Position numbers and translations under genes: made by a program
Part shown: positions 10,250 to 19,930 of the stretch, in pieces
Position numbering within the stretch: position 1 is the stretch's first letter
Layout: every line of letters starts with the position of its first letter
IMG/VR virus record: IMGVR_UViG_3300005340_000003
Location: 1 to 64,000 of that record
Source of the DNA: a virus
DNA length: 64,000 nucleotides
Strand: one strand, 5' to 3'
The notes under the pieces: model-generated
The model's input: the letters and a program-made list of their open reading frames with translations, nothing else
The model's database searches: none
What the model was told of the DNA's origin: nothing

Positions 10250-10455
10250 TTTTGGGAGTCCCTCAGTGCTTTGATTACTTTCTTCACCTCGGATCGAAGC
10301 AACGAAATTGATTGCCATTGATTTCCATTAGTGGTCGTGCTAAGAGTTATTTGGCCCACCTCATCCGGGTATTTAGTCGGGGTTACTTCAACCGCGAAGT
10401 GTTTTTTCCGATAGGCCAACAACTGCTCTTTAAAATCTGGATTGTTGATATTCAT
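10246..10455 (-). CDS. Hypothetical protein
   Basis: MNINNPDFK..., ATGA-coupled to both neighbours. Confidence 0.55.
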   Translation of the reverse strand: MNINNPDFKEQLLAYRKKHFAVEVTPTKYPDEVGQITLSTTTNGNQWQSISLLRSEVKKVIKALRDSQK

Positions 10456-11465
10456 TTTTTGATGATGAGGTGTCCCTTCAACAGTTTCGCGTCGGAGCGG
10501 AGATACGGCTTGTAGTATCCACGGTCGAAAAACATATTGAACTCGATCCGGCACCTCGTCACCGATCCGTCATCCGGGTTCACCTTGAACTCTAGGATCG
10601 CCCCGCCGATTTCCATTCGTAATCGTTTCTTACGGGCAAAAATTGTCTGGTCCTGGAACCCGGGCAGGCCGATGACATGGACGTTTCGGTCCACCATGTA
10701 ATTGCTGACGTGATAGTGTCCCTGCACGAGAATCGCCGGCTTCTCTCCGCCCTGGAAAGACTCCACTTGCTTCTGACCGGTATAGCTCCGAGCATACGCG
10801 CTTCCTCCACCCGGATGTTGAACTTTGATGATCGCGCTTTTCTTAGCGCCCTTGATTTGAACCTCAACGTCGGATTCAACGTGGCCGATATATTTCAGGT
10901 CGGTTCGCTTCCCCATTTCAGCGACGTGCTGAAGATACGCGCCGAAGTTGAATCCTTCCTTCTGCCACCATCCCTCATGATCGTCCCCTGTGATAAAGTG
11001 CGTTGTAATGCAGTTTCTCGCGGGGTAATTGTCCACCACATATTGAGCCTGTCCGTCAATGCTGGTATCTTCCACCGATCCACCGTTGATATGCGGGACG
11101 TAACCATCGACGATATTCCCCGCGTGCAGCACCGTGGAAATTCCTTCGCGTTTAAACAGGTCGTATTGCGCGTGCAAGCTGTCGAGCCGGCATTCCTTGC
11201 AAGCGAGGTGCGTGTCCGAGACCAGACCGAAACGAATCCATTCCCCGCCGTCAATCGACCGAAGCGGAATATATCCGAAATCCGGAGCATCGAGTTTTAC
11301 GTCATGCTTGAGCTTCGGAGTATTGTCGGGAGAGGATAGCTTATGCTCCACCGATTTCCGGCTGCGTCCCAGGCGATTTCCGATTTCCCGGTAACTTTTT
11401 CCCTCGCCCTTTAATTTTTCGGCTTGCGCCAGTTCGTTTGCGCTCCACGGTATTGATTTTGTCAT
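10452..11465 (-). CDS. Calcineurin-like metallophosphoesterase with N-terminal HTH
   Basis: SDTH, HAGNIVDG, GDDHE, QHPGGG and GHYH motifs; N-terminal SYREIGNRLGRSRKSV HTH. Confidence 0.85.
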   Translation of the reverse strand: MTKSIPWSANELAQAEKLKGEGKSYREIGNRLGRSRKSVEHKLSSPDNTPKLKHDVKLDAPDFGYIPLRSIDGGEWIRFGLVSDTHLACKECRLDSLHAQYDLFKREGISTVLHAGNIVDGYVPHINGGSVEDTSIDGQAQYVVDNYPARNCITTHFITGDDHEGWWQKEGFNFGAYLQHVAEMGKRTDLKYIGHVESDVEVQIKGAKKSAIIKVQHPGGGSAYARSYTGQKQVESFQGGEKPAILVQGHYHVSNYMVDRNVHVIGLPGFQDQTIFARKKRLRMEIGGAILEFKVNPDDGSVTRCRIEFNMFFDRGYYKPYLRSDAKLLKGHLIIKK

Positions 11466-12057
11466 TTTGTTCCTTATTCTCCCGCATGTCCCGCTCCGCC
11501 AACCAAGCCAGAAGATGTTCCGGCAATGGTTCCCCTTTAAATAAACTGTCGAAAGACTCCAGCGCGTTTGCCGGTGTGTTGCCGATGCCGACAATTGAGT
11601 GCTCGACATCCTCCAGGCTTCCGATGTAGGCAATCCACTCACCCGTTACCGGGAGCTTCAGAAGTGTCGGCTTGTAACAGAAATGCGGCGTGTTGACTTG
11701 CCTCGCCGCCTTCGTTTGCTCCAACAAAAATTCGAGGTTCTGGTCATACATCTTTTCGAGTTTGTTTTCGAGCGTCTCCTGCACGTTGAAGTTCCATCGG
11801 TCGGTGTCGCTCAAAATATCGTCGAGCTTGTCGCAGACCTTGATGAAAATCGCTTCTGCGCTCGATTTGCACCCGCCGTCAAGTTCCGTCTTTTGATGCG
11901 GTTCAACCCCCTGGTTGTAGGTGAGAGAGTGCAACGCGAAGCTTCCGATCTGCACCAGATTTTGAATCTGGTTACTCGTCATAATATCTCTCTGAGGGAA
12001 AGGCAGCTTGTCTTTCCTCGGTCGGTTGTCGGGGGATTGTTGTGAGGTGTTGCTCAT
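11341..12057 (-). CDS. Hypothetical protein
   Basis: 238-aa ORF within the operon; GIGNTPANALESF is weakly HicB-like. Confidence 0.6.
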   Translation of the reverse strand: MSNTSQQSPDNRPRKDKLPFPQRDIMTSNQIQNLVQIGSFALHSLTYNQGVEPHQKTELDGGCKSSAEAIFIKVCDKLDDILSDTDRWNFNVQETLENKLEKMYDQNLEFLLEQTKAARQVNTPHFCYKPTLLKLPVTGEWIAYIGSLEDVEHSIVGIGNTPANALESFDSLFKGEPLPEHLLAWLAERDMRENKEQNDKINTVERKRTGASRKIKGRGKKLPGNRKSPGTQPEIGGA

Positions 12058-12563
12058 AGTTTCATCCGTTTAAACGTCTTCATTGCCCACACCCAAATCC
12101 AGGCTGCGTCGATGGCGTCATCATTCAGGCCGCTCGGATCATCTGGAAACTCCGCCTGGGCTCTCCAGCTTCCGAGGGCGTATTTTTTCATGGCTTCTTT
12201 CGTCGCATGTCCGTTGCCGGTTGCGAAAAGCTTCAGGGTGCCGACCGGAACGCAATCGAAATGTTTCGCATGAGCGCAAAGCCACACCACCGACCGAAGG
12301 GCACTCCACAATTGAACTTGGTAGGTGCTGCTGGCGAATTCAACATCTTCAAAAACCACTACATCGAAATCGTGTCCTGCAAGCTTCGATAGTTTTTTGC
12401 ATAGCCGATCCACCCTCGGATCGTTGGTTCGTCGCTCCCTCGTTTTGCCCCAGGCGGTTATTTCTTTTTTAGTGGCGAGATTCCAGGTGCCGCAAAAGAA
12501 TTCCGAGTCGATATTATAGGCGTAGCCGGTGTCGGTGCCGAGATCGAGTGCGAGGATATTCAT
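12054..12563 (-). CDS. RuvC-like Holliday junction resolvase
   Basis: ILALDLGTDTG, VVFEDV, LKLFATGNGHATK and DDAIDA RNase H-fold motifs. Confidence 0.85.
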   Translation of the reverse strand: MNILALDLGTDTGYAYNIDSEFFCGTWNLATKKEITAWGKTRERRTNDPRVDRLCKKLSKLAGHDFDVVVFEDVEFASSTYQVQLWSALRSVVWLCAHAKHFDCVPVGTLKLFATGNGHATKEAMKKYALGSWRAQAEFPDDPSGLNDDAIDAAWIWVWAMKTFKRMKL

Positions 12564-12862
12564 GAAGGCGGAATTTGTTCCACGAATTTCACGATCCGGG
12601 TATGATTACCCGGAAGAATGCAATCGTCATCGGAATAGACATGGCCATAATCGATTCCGGAACCTAGATATTCCTTCAAATACACAACCCGGGGCTCAGG
12701 TTTCACCCGATATCTTTCGGTCCCGAAGTTCCAACTCGGATCATTGTTCGAGACATCTTCCCAACCGTTTGAAGATGCAGACCAAAATTGAATTATCTTT
12801 CCGGCTCGATGCGCCCGAGCTAGTTCAATAATTTCGTCCGTAGGGATATTTCCGAGTCTCAT
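12560..12862 (-). CDS. Hypothetical protein, YRxKP family
   Basis: WNFGTERYRVKPEPR motif shared with three other ORFs in the window. Confidence 0.6.
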   Translation of the reverse strand: MRLGNIPTDEIIELARAHRAGKIIQFWSASSNGWEDVSNNDPSWNFGTERYRVKPEPRVVYLKEYLGSGIDYGHVYSDDDCILPGNHTRIVKFVEQIPPS

Positions 12863-13491
12863 AACAGTTGATCTTTCTTTGGTTCGAGCACCACGCGCAA
12901 TTTCTTCAACGCGCATGAGTGCAGATTTTGGATGTGTTGCCGGGAGTAGCCGATTCGTTCGCCGATTTCGCCGAAGGAAAATCCAGACTCATACCTGAGT
13001 ATAAAAATGGCTCGCTCTCGGTCATTCAATACTCGAAATATAGCAGGTCGGAGACCGGCGAGCAACTCTTTAGTTTCGAGATTTGAGGTGTCGATTTCGC
13101 AGACTGTCGGCACCAAGGCGTTTCCGTGATCCGGATCAAGCTTTCCGGATTCACCTGGGGTAATGAAATCAATCGGGCAATGTTCCGCCTGCCGCACCAC
13201 TAATCGGCTTTTGAATTCCTTGCTGATTTGTCCTCTCAAATATTGTTTGCTAAAGGCGAAAAATGTTATCCCGTTCGATTTTCGCCGGCAATAGTTCTTC
13301 GCGGCCTGCCGCAACGCAATCCAACACATACTCGTCAACTCGCCGTCGTTCAAGCCGCCTCGGGAACAATGCCGAGCGTAAATGATCGCTTCCGACATAT
13401 TCGCGAGAGCGAGTTTGTCGAGAGCGCCTTTCGTCCCCTTTCGAATCAGCTTGTGCTCTTCGTCGAGGGTTATTGTTTGTGAAATCCTCAT
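12859..13491 (-). CDS. Sigma70-family RNA polymerase sigma factor
   Basis: Region 2-like IALRQAAKNY...FFAFSKQYLRGQI; region 4 LNDRERAIFILRY...SFGEIGERIGYSRQHIQNLHSCALKKLR. Confidence 0.85.
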   Translation of the reverse strand: MRISQTITLDEEHKLIRKGTKGALDKLALANMSEAIIYARHCSRGGLNDGELTSMCWIALRQAAKNYCRRKSNGITFFAFSKQYLRGQISKEFKSRLVVRQAEHCPIDFITPGESGKLDPDHGNALVPTVCEIDTSNLETKELLAGLRPAIFRVLNDRERAIFILRYESGFSFGEIGERIGYSRQHIQNLHSCALKKLRVVLEPKKDQLL

Positions 13492-15569
13492 TTTGGAAAT
13501 ATCCAGACTCTCGTTTTACTTTCCCCGGTTTCCGTGTAACATTTAATCACTCCCTCACGCTGGATTAGCTCAAGATACCGGTTTATCTGATCCGGCTTGA
13601 ATGATTTAATCAATCCGTCGTTCATCGGGTTCGCCTGTAGCAAGCGATAAAGCTGTGTGAATGTCCCGCGCCACTCAGTCGCTTCCGGCGTCATATTGAA
13701 GAAGGCACGCAACTCTTCGATCAATATTTCCTTGAGCGGTGCCGCCTTGCTCGTCTGGTGGGTTTGGTCGAGAAGATGCGGATCGTGATAAGCAGCAAAA
13801 CCATACCGCCCATCGCGAGGGATGTAGTCCGGAACTTTCCAGTTAAGCACGACACGGCCAAACACAGGAAGCTCAACAGCAAGAATTTTTTGCAGTTCAT
13901 ATCGTTCGGGAAATTCGATTTTGGCGGAGGTGCATTTGAAAACGCATGTCTTCTCTGCCGAGTTATTATCGAGGGCGCACAGAATCCGGCTAGAGGTGAA
14001 GTCTGTATTTGCTGTTACCAATATACGTCCCATCCACTCAACAGTCACGGGAACGCGGAACTTTTCGTTCACTCGGAATTCCTGGTTTGCCGCCGTTTTT
14101 TTCATCATGGCCGAGAATCGGTCATGGGCATTGATCGAGTTGCCGGGAGTTTCATCATCGATTACCCACAAAGGCACATGATAATTCTCCGAGCCAAATG
14201 AATCGCCCCGGACAATATAGTCGCTGGCGTCCACGAATCCGCCGACTAGTCGCCCAACAATGTGCCGGCCACAAAATGTCTTACCGCGATTCGGTTCTCC
14301 GAGGATAAAAACATTCTGTCCTGGGCGGGGGAGAAGTTCCACTGCGGACCGATAATAATGCTGGAGCCACGCCATGAATCTTTGAAACTGTTCCTCGGTG
14401 TCAAAAAGCTGCCGGAGAAATCGGATGATCCAAAGGTCATCGGAATTATGGTCGGCGGGCTGCACTACATTGTTTTTCCAGGTATTCAGCACTTTCCGAG
14501 TGTTGTATTCGATGAGCCCCGGCTGGCGGAAAACAAAGGGGGCCGCGCCGACTACCCGGGCATTTTCGTGAAGGTGGAAAAGTGTATCATCGATTTTCTT
14601 CTCGGGGATGCCGCAACCTTTCTTGAGGAAAATCTTCATCGCTGAGTCGTTTACGGATTGATAGATGCCGTCTATTTTTCGCCAGTAAGCTTGCCCGTCA
14701 TGGAAGATGTCGAGTGTCGCCTGGGTGATTGCTTTTTCGTTGATGTCCTTTGTGAATTCTTTGCCGAGGATTTCCGACCACGAATAGAACGGTTTTTCTG
14801 CGTGGGCCGAGAAAGTAAGCATCCCGTCTGATTTGACAATCGCAGATAGTGGACTAATGGAAGCGGGTATCCAAAATGATGGGCCTTGTGTATCGAGTTC
14901 AAAAGAAGCGGGCCAAGAAAAACCCGGATACCGCTCTCTAATTGCAGGCTCGATGGTGGATAGTGGAATTGTGTTTCCCTCCGCCACTTTGAATTTGAAT
15001 TTTTTGAGAGCTTCGACATAGAATGCCTGGAGTTTGTTTTCGTCTATTGGGGCTGAATCATGAACAGGTGTCCAAACCGCGCCGTTGCAATAAAGGCGGG
15101 TGGGCTCTTCAAAAGCATTCGAATCAAGACCCGGAAGTAGATCGAGATTAAGCCATTTCTTAGCGTGCTGCAAAATCCAAATGGCCAAGTCCGTCGTTTC
15201 GACCGGAAGCGGACGAGGGAGTAACCAGAGCAAACGGCAATTACCTCCAAGGGATCGCTCAATCCAGGATGGTTTAATTGACATGGACAGAATGGCTTCC
15301 CGAATTCGATCTTCGGGAATTGTGACATCGTAGTCGGCAACGAATCCGTGAATATATTTGGCAGGGTTGTCTTTGTTAATTCGCTGATTGTTGTTGGCGG
15401 GCTCAATGGCGGTGTAGAAATTCCAGTCGGTTGATGATGTGCGATACCAGATTTGTCTTTCGGTTTTGTCATGACAGATTTTTTCTGAGGGTTTCGGACT
15501 GTTGAATGTCCAGGGTTCGCAAGGCGTGAGCGTCTTGTCGAGGATGTTGTGGGAGTAGAAAAATTTCAC
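13488..15569 (-). CDS. Primase-helicase (N-terminal primase-like domain plus SF3/D5-like NTPase)
   Basis: FVADYD catalytic-like motif; Walker A GEPNRGKT, Walker B VIDDE, motif C VTAN; GTG start overlaps the pol stop. Confidence 0.8.
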   Translation of the reverse strand: MKFFYSHNILDKTLTPCEPWTFNSPKPSEKICHDKTERQIWYRTSSTDWNFYTAIEPANNNQRINKDNPAKYIHGFVADYDVTIPEDRIREAILSMSIKPSWIERSLGGNCRLLWLLPRPLPVETTDLAIWILQHAKKWLNLDLLPGLDSNAFEEPTRLYCNGAVWTPVHDSAPIDENKLQAFYVEALKKFKFKVAEGNTIPLSTIEPAIRERYPGFSWPASFELDTQGPSFWIPASISPLSAIVKSDGMLTFSAHAEKPFYSWSEILGKEFTKDINEKAITQATLDIFHDGQAYWRKIDGIYQSVNDSAMKIFLKKGCGIPEKKIDDTLFHLHENARVVGAAPFVFRQPGLIEYNTRKVLNTWKNNVVQPADHNSDDLWIIRFLRQLFDTEEQFQRFMAWLQHYYRSAVELLPRPGQNVFILGEPNRGKTFCGRHIVGRLVGGFVDASDYIVRGDSFGSENYHVPLWVIDDETPGNSINAHDRFSAMMKKTAANQEFRVNEKFRVPVTVEWMGRILVTANTDFTSSRILCALDNNSAEKTCVFKCTSAKIEFPERYELQKILAVELPVFGRVVLNWKVPDYIPRDGRYGFAAYHDPHLLDQTHQTSKAAPLKEILIEELRAFFNMTPEATEWRGTFTQLYRLLQANPMNDGLIKSFKPDQINRYLELIQREGVIKCYTETGESKTRVWIFPK

Positions 15570-17533
15570 TTGAGGTAATGGGGAACTTCCTTTGCTTCGG
15601 CTTTCACCGGCAACCCGGCACACCATTCTGGACAAACCGACATGATGCTTTCAACATCGTGTTTGGTGATGTGTTGATCCGTTTCGAGGATCGCCTCGTC
15701 GTGGCTGGAAAACAGAACGTCAATTCCGGATGTGTCATGTAGGGTTAATAAGTGCTCTGAAAATACGTCCCGCGCCATTCCCTGATCGACGTTCTCAGTC
15801 AGCTTGCCGCCGTAGCTCTCAAATCGACGGTCTCCACGGTCGAACGTAAACACGACTCGAAGCTCCGGCTTGCCGTCCGCATCGGGCTTGAGTCTCCGCT
15901 CACACTTGACCTTTTCATAACGTAACACCCGGCCAGAAGGGAGGACAACTCTTAAATCTGAGCCGACACTGCGTTTAAACATGCCATCCAGGTATGCCCA
16001 CAGCCCGGTTACTTTCGGATTCTGTTCGCGATATTCAGCGACGATCTTTTTGGCCCTCTGACCATAGCCGCTGACTTTTTTGCCGTCCACCTCGATCCAC
16101 TCCGGATCGTCTGCCGTTAAATCCATCCCGGTATAGTCCTGGGCCATGACGATGAACTTCTCCCATCCGGCCCCATATCCGAGCGCGAGAACCCGGGCTT
16201 TCACTTCCGCGTAATAGGTCGAGTCCTTATCGAGAGCAGGCTCGTTGAACCCAAGGGCGGTTCGAGCGTGAGCTTCATAAGGGCTCATGCCGGTTCGAAT
16301 CAAGTTGAGGGTCTTTTCATCCTTGGCAAGCCAGAGCAAACATCGAGGTTCGATCTGTGATAAATCCGACACAATCATTTTCTTCCCAGGTCGGGGAATA
16401 ATCAGGTGTCGGAAATCGATGGAATATTTCACCCAGGCCGGAAACGATTTGGTCTCTTTACGAATTTTCAAAGCTCCATCGATTACTTTTTCGTTCGTCT
16501 CCATCAGTCCGGATTGATCGCAGAGTATCGGTTTCTTCCGCATGTTCTGCATGTTGATTTTCGCGTCTCCGGACCACCTGCCTGTATGTGCTCCGAAATA
16601 CTTCAAACCAAATGGCATCGTCCCATCCGAGCGGAGACGTGCCTTGACCGTCAAAAACGATTTGTAGAGTTTGTTGATGCTGCGCCAGGACGATAATGCG
16701 ACGATCCAGGGATTGCTCTTCCGATACATCGTTTCCCACTCCTCGTAAGCCTCCTCTCCTTCGTGTTCCTTGACGGGCGGGCTTGGAATTCCTGATCGCC
16801 GGCACTGCTCTGCTATGCACTTCGTCGATGTCGGTTTAGTGTTGAAGTCCTCCCATGAATCATCGTCGCTGCCGTCATCTTCCATCCAGGGGATTAAGCG
16901 TTCGGTCGCCAGTTTCATTTCATGACTTTGGAGGATGTAATCGTTTAAGAGCTTCGTATCGATTTGCACTCCGCGCATACCCTGCTCGATGGTCATATTC
17001 GACAAACGCTTTTCTTTCTCTGGCCATTTATCGGAATGATCCGTCCAGAGTTTCCAACACCACCAAGGGTCTTTCCTTGCATAGTCGATCATCGTGGATC
17101 GCTGTTCCGGAGTAAAATCTGCCGGCCAATGTTTGCCGTTGGCGTCCTCCCGAGGGTCTTTCGATAATTTGATTTTGTATAGGTGTTCGACCGCATGAGC
17201 GAGAGCGCGACGGTTGCAGAGATAAGCTGTGAGATTGGCGCTACAATGCCATTCGAGGTAATTTACTTTTGGTGCCCAACCTCGAAGGACCATTTCATTG
17301 TAAACAGTGTTGTCGAAATATCGATTATGGCTAACGAGGATTTTTCCTTCGAGTGACGACCAAATAAAATCTTTCGGGGAGCCCGCCCAACAGGTCGATC
17401 CATCGGAGACGCTAATAATATACGGATCGAAAAGTTCGTGCCGGCAATACTGCTCCGCTATCATCGTCTTAACGGAGTATTTTAATTTCTTGCTGAAGAA
17501 GGTTTCGAAGTCCAGGCCGATTACGTTATTCAA
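15566..17533 (-). CDS. Family A DNA polymerase with 3'-5' exonuclease
   Basis: Exonuclease LDFET, HNRYFD, YARKD; polymerase HTGRWSG, DLSQIEPR, KARVLALGYG, HDE. Confidence 0.95.
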   Translation of the reverse strand: MNNVIGLDFETFFSKKLKYSVKTMIAEQYCRHELFDPYIISVSDGSTCWAGSPKDFIWSSLEGKILVSHNRYFDNTVYNEMVLRGWAPKVNYLEWHCSANLTAYLCNRRALAHAVEHLYKIKLSKDPREDANGKHWPADFTPEQRSTMIDYARKDPWWCWKLWTDHSDKWPEKEKRLSNMTIEQGMRGVQIDTKLLNDYILQSHEMKLATERLIPWMEDDGSDDDSWEDFNTKPTSTKCIAEQCRRSGIPSPPVKEHEGEEAYEEWETMYRKSNPWIVALSSWRSINKLYKSFLTVKARLRSDGTMPFGLKYFGAHTGRWSGDAKINMQNMRKKPILCDQSGLMETNEKVIDGALKIRKETKSFPAWVKYSIDFRHLIIPRPGKKMIVSDLSQIEPRCLLWLAKDEKTLNLIRTGMSPYEAHARTALGFNEPALDKDSTYYAEVKARVLALGYGAGWEKFIVMAQDYTGMDLTADDPEWIEVDGKKVSGYGQRAKKIVAEYREQNPKVTGLWAYLDGMFKRSVGSDLRVVLPSGRVLRYEKVKCERRLKPDADGKPELRVVFTFDRGDRRFESYGGKLTENVDQGMARDVFSEHLLTLHDTSGIDVLFSSHDEAILETDQHITKHDVESIMSVCPEWCAGLPVKAEAKEVPHYLK

Positions 17534-17793
17534 AATGGATGCCTCTCTTTTTCTTGATGAGATTTCGAATTATTACACTTCTCGCAAAGCAACTGAAGAT
17601 TGCCGGCCCGATGCTGCGCGTGATAAAAACTCATCCGTGCGGAGGTATCCATCCGATGATGTCGATCTCCGCACGGTGTAATACAATCGAATTCTAGTTT
17701 TTCGGTGGCGGGGCATCTAGCGCATTTATCGCCGAGGACAACCCTCAGCTTTGCACGCGCACGGCGAGCCCATTCCTTGTGACGCTTCGCCAT
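17530..17793 (-). CDS. HNH endonuclease-like protein
   Basis: CARC...LEFDCI...NLQLLCEKCNNSK. Confidence 0.75.
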   Translation of the reverse strand: MAKRHKEWARRARAKLRVVLGDKCARCPATEKLEFDCITPCGDRHHRMDTSARMSFYHAQHRAGNLQLLCEKCNNSKSHQEKERHPF

Positions 17794-17957
17794 TCAGCAC
17801 GCCCCGCCGTTCCAAGTGTCTTCCGACAACTCCCGTTTCAGGTTTTCGATTTCCACCTGGAGCTTCAGATTAACCTTGTCGAGTCGCTCGATTGCCTCGC
17901 ACGCGGGGCAACGGTCCGCTTCGAAAAGTATCGGGTAGTGGCCGGCGTGACAGGTTT

Positions 17958-18269
17958 TCATTCGGCCTCCACAAATCGGATCGCACGAACGTATCTCGCC
18001 CCAAAATGAGCACGACCGATATTCTCCGCTTGAAGGTGGGTATCAGCGATAATGTTAGCTAATAAAACATCTCCGTCGATGCTCCGGAATTCAACCACCC
18101 ATTTTTCCCGGGGTTCCGGCTTGATTCGATAACGGTCGGCGTCGTAACAGAAATCGAGATTCTCTGAAACTTCCCATTTTTCGGTGCAAAGACCTTTCAT
18201 TTCCACCGGTTTGCCTTCGGCGAAGGCAGTGATGATCGGCAGCATTTGTTTGGCTTTCTCAGGACTCAT
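17958..18269 (-). CDS. Hypothetical protein, YRxKP family
   Basis: AFAEGKPVE...YRIKPEPREKW. Confidence 0.65.
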   Translation of the reverse strand: MSPEKAKQMLPIITAFAEGKPVEMKGLCTEKWEVSENLDFCYDADRYRIKPEPREKWVVEFRSIDGDVLLANIIADTHLQAENIGRAHFGARYVRAIRFVEAE

Positions 18270-18619
18270 AGGTTTATTAGTTGATCGGTTAATTCTCGGA
18301 CGGATTGAAAGAATTTGATGTAGTCTTTCCGCGTTACTACGTTTACCTGTAGTAAAGCACAAGCGGCGACATCGCGCAACTCACGAAATTTAGTCGCTGT
18401 TTCGTTGCCGATGTTTGACGATTTCTTCGGGCCGGAGATCGATGTCTCGTTCAGCCGTTTATTCGGGCCAAGATCGCTACATGCCTTCCGAACCGTTGCG
18501 GAGACAACCGAATCGAGGGCCGTCAAAAACTCCGGTCCGGATTGGTTGCCGAGGCCCTTCACGAGTTTCTTCACTGACGAGGTTACAATGAATTCGGGTT
18601 TGTTCATGGTTTCAGCCAT
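18266..18619 (-). CDS. Putative histone-fold protein with C-terminal helical extension
   Basis: FIVTSSVKKLVK-G-NQSGPEFLTALDSVVSATVRKAC-NKRL fits the a1-L1-a2-L2 pattern of bacterial histones. Confidence 0.55.
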   Translation of the reverse strand: MAETMNKPEFIVTSSVKKLVKGLGNQSGPEFLTALDSVVSATVRKACSDLGPNKRLNETSISGPKKSSNIGNETATKFRELRDVAACALLQVNVVTRKDYIKFFQSVRELTDQLINL

Positions 18620-18691
18620 ATCTCTTTAATTAGTTTTTTGATGAGTCGAATCGCTTTCGCGTGCTTCCTGTAAAAGCCGATGGATGGTTTT

Positions 18692-19297
18692 TTACTCATC
18701 GGTTTTTTCAGTTGAAGATTTGAATTCAGTGCCGCAGGCACAAGTCGGCAATCCGGTCTCGATCCACTTTTGCGTCGTCCGGATCACGTAGCCGCACTCC
18801 GGGCATTCGCACTTCAGCAGCCGAGTCGATTGTTTCTTCGTCGGTGCCATCCCCTTCAATTGACTGTGCGGATAAATGCCGAGCGACTTTTGCCAGCCGA
18901 GCATGTCCGACATCAACTTTTCGCCGGCATTGGTGGAAGTAAGTTTTCCCTCCAGGCCAACCGCACGAGCGCACTTGCCGAAAACTTTGTTGTGGCCTTC
19001 CTTGTGGCCGACAACGGCGTGAACGACTTCATGCACGAGTGTCGCAATGACTCCCATGTCCGTAGTCATTTCGTCGAGTGCGGGCGAGATAAAAATCTGC
19101 GCGGCTTGCTTGTCGGCTGATGCTGTTTTGCTCCAGCATTCGCCGAGCACTCGTTTCTTGTTCGCGAGACCACCACGGACGGGCCACCCACATGCTACCC
19201 GCACTTGCGGCACTTTATATCCGGCCTCCACGAACAGCGGCGTCATTTCGCCGACTGCCGCCTGGAGCCACTCTTCCCGAGTTTTGTATTGTTTCAT
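18692..19297 (-). CDS. SprT-like zinc metalloprotease with C-terminal Zn ribbon
   Basis: LVHEVVH...H...F; CPECGY...CACG. Confidence 0.85.
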   Translation of the reverse strand: MKQYKTREEWLQAAVGEMTPLFVEAGYKVPQVRVACGWPVRGGLANKKRVLGECWSKTASADKQAAQIFISPALDEMTTDMGVIATLVHEVVHAVVGHKEGHNKVFGKCARAVGLEGKLTSTNAGEKLMSDMLGWQKSLGIYPHSQLKGMAPTKKQSTRLLKCECPECGYVIRTTQKWIETGLPTCACGTEFKSSTEKTDE

Positions 19298-19563
19298 TTT
19301 TTATAGAGGTTTTCGTAAAATTTTCCCAACTTTTCAACAGTCATGTTGATGGGTTCCGAGGTTTTTTGCGGGACAAAATTTGCAAGTTCGTATTGAATCT
19401 CCGGCCATTGTTTTCGGCAGTCATCGAGGAAAGTCTCTGCTGCTTCGATAGACTGCCCGATATTACAATACCATACTTCGCCAGTTTCCTTGCGCGTGCA
19501 TCGAATCCAGTAGCATTGACTGGCTGGCGGAATTTGATCCGCCTTCATCGGTTCCTGGTTCAT
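19294..19563 (-). CDS. Hypothetical protein
   Basis: Coupled ORF MNQEPMKAD... Confidence 0.5.
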   Translation of the reverse strand: MNQEPMKADQIPPASQCYWIRCTRKETGEVWYCNIGQSIEAAETFLDDCRKQWPEIQYELANFVPQKTSEPINMTVEKLGKFYENLYKK

Positions 19564-19564
19564 G

Positions 19565-19864
19565 TTACTTGCTCCCGTGTTCAAGTCCGCGAAAATAGGC
19601 TCGCACGGTGGGATACCGACCAGCCTGCAAAAATGACTTCGCAATGTCCACCGACAATTCGGCGATAGCGCGGAGGTTGGCCTTGTAAAGTTTCGAAACC
19701 CAATAGCTTTGATCTGCGATTGCGCGAACCTGATCGTAAGCAATCACGCTTAGTTTCGCGGGGTTCTGCTGTTCAGCGATTTTCTTTTCGGCAAACTGCA
19801 ACCAGTCGATTGCCACCATCGAAGCCACCGCTTCCGCGTATTTTGAATTGTGTTTTTGTTTCAT
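19565..19864 (-). CDS. Hypothetical protein
   Basis: 99-aa ORF directly after a promoter, hairpin and A-rich leader. Confidence 0.65.
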   Translation of the reverse strand: MKQKHNSKYAEAVASMVAIDWLQFAEKKIAEQQNPAKLSVIAYDQVRAIADQSYWVSKLYKANLRAIAELSVDIAKSFLQAGRYPTVRAYFRGLEHGSK

Positions 19865-19876
19865 GTTTTTTTTTTT

Positions 19877-19930
19877 GTGGGTCGTTTATTCGACTTCACT
19901 ACTTATCGCACCCTATCCAACGAATGTCAA
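19877..19930 (-). promoter_or_regulatory. Sigma70-type promoter plus AATAAA-loop hairpin
   Basis: TTGACA-N17-GATAAG (TGn extended), then GTCG-AATAAA-CGAC. Confidence 0.6.

Noticed and set aside
15570-15635. Upstream ATG for the primase-helicase
   Set aside because: It overlaps the polymerase C-terminus; the GTGA-coupled start at 15569 is more parsimonious.
19866-19876. Poly-T run as terminator or phase-variation tract
   Set aside because: On the coding (-) strand it is the A-rich leader before the ATG at 19864, matching other leaders.
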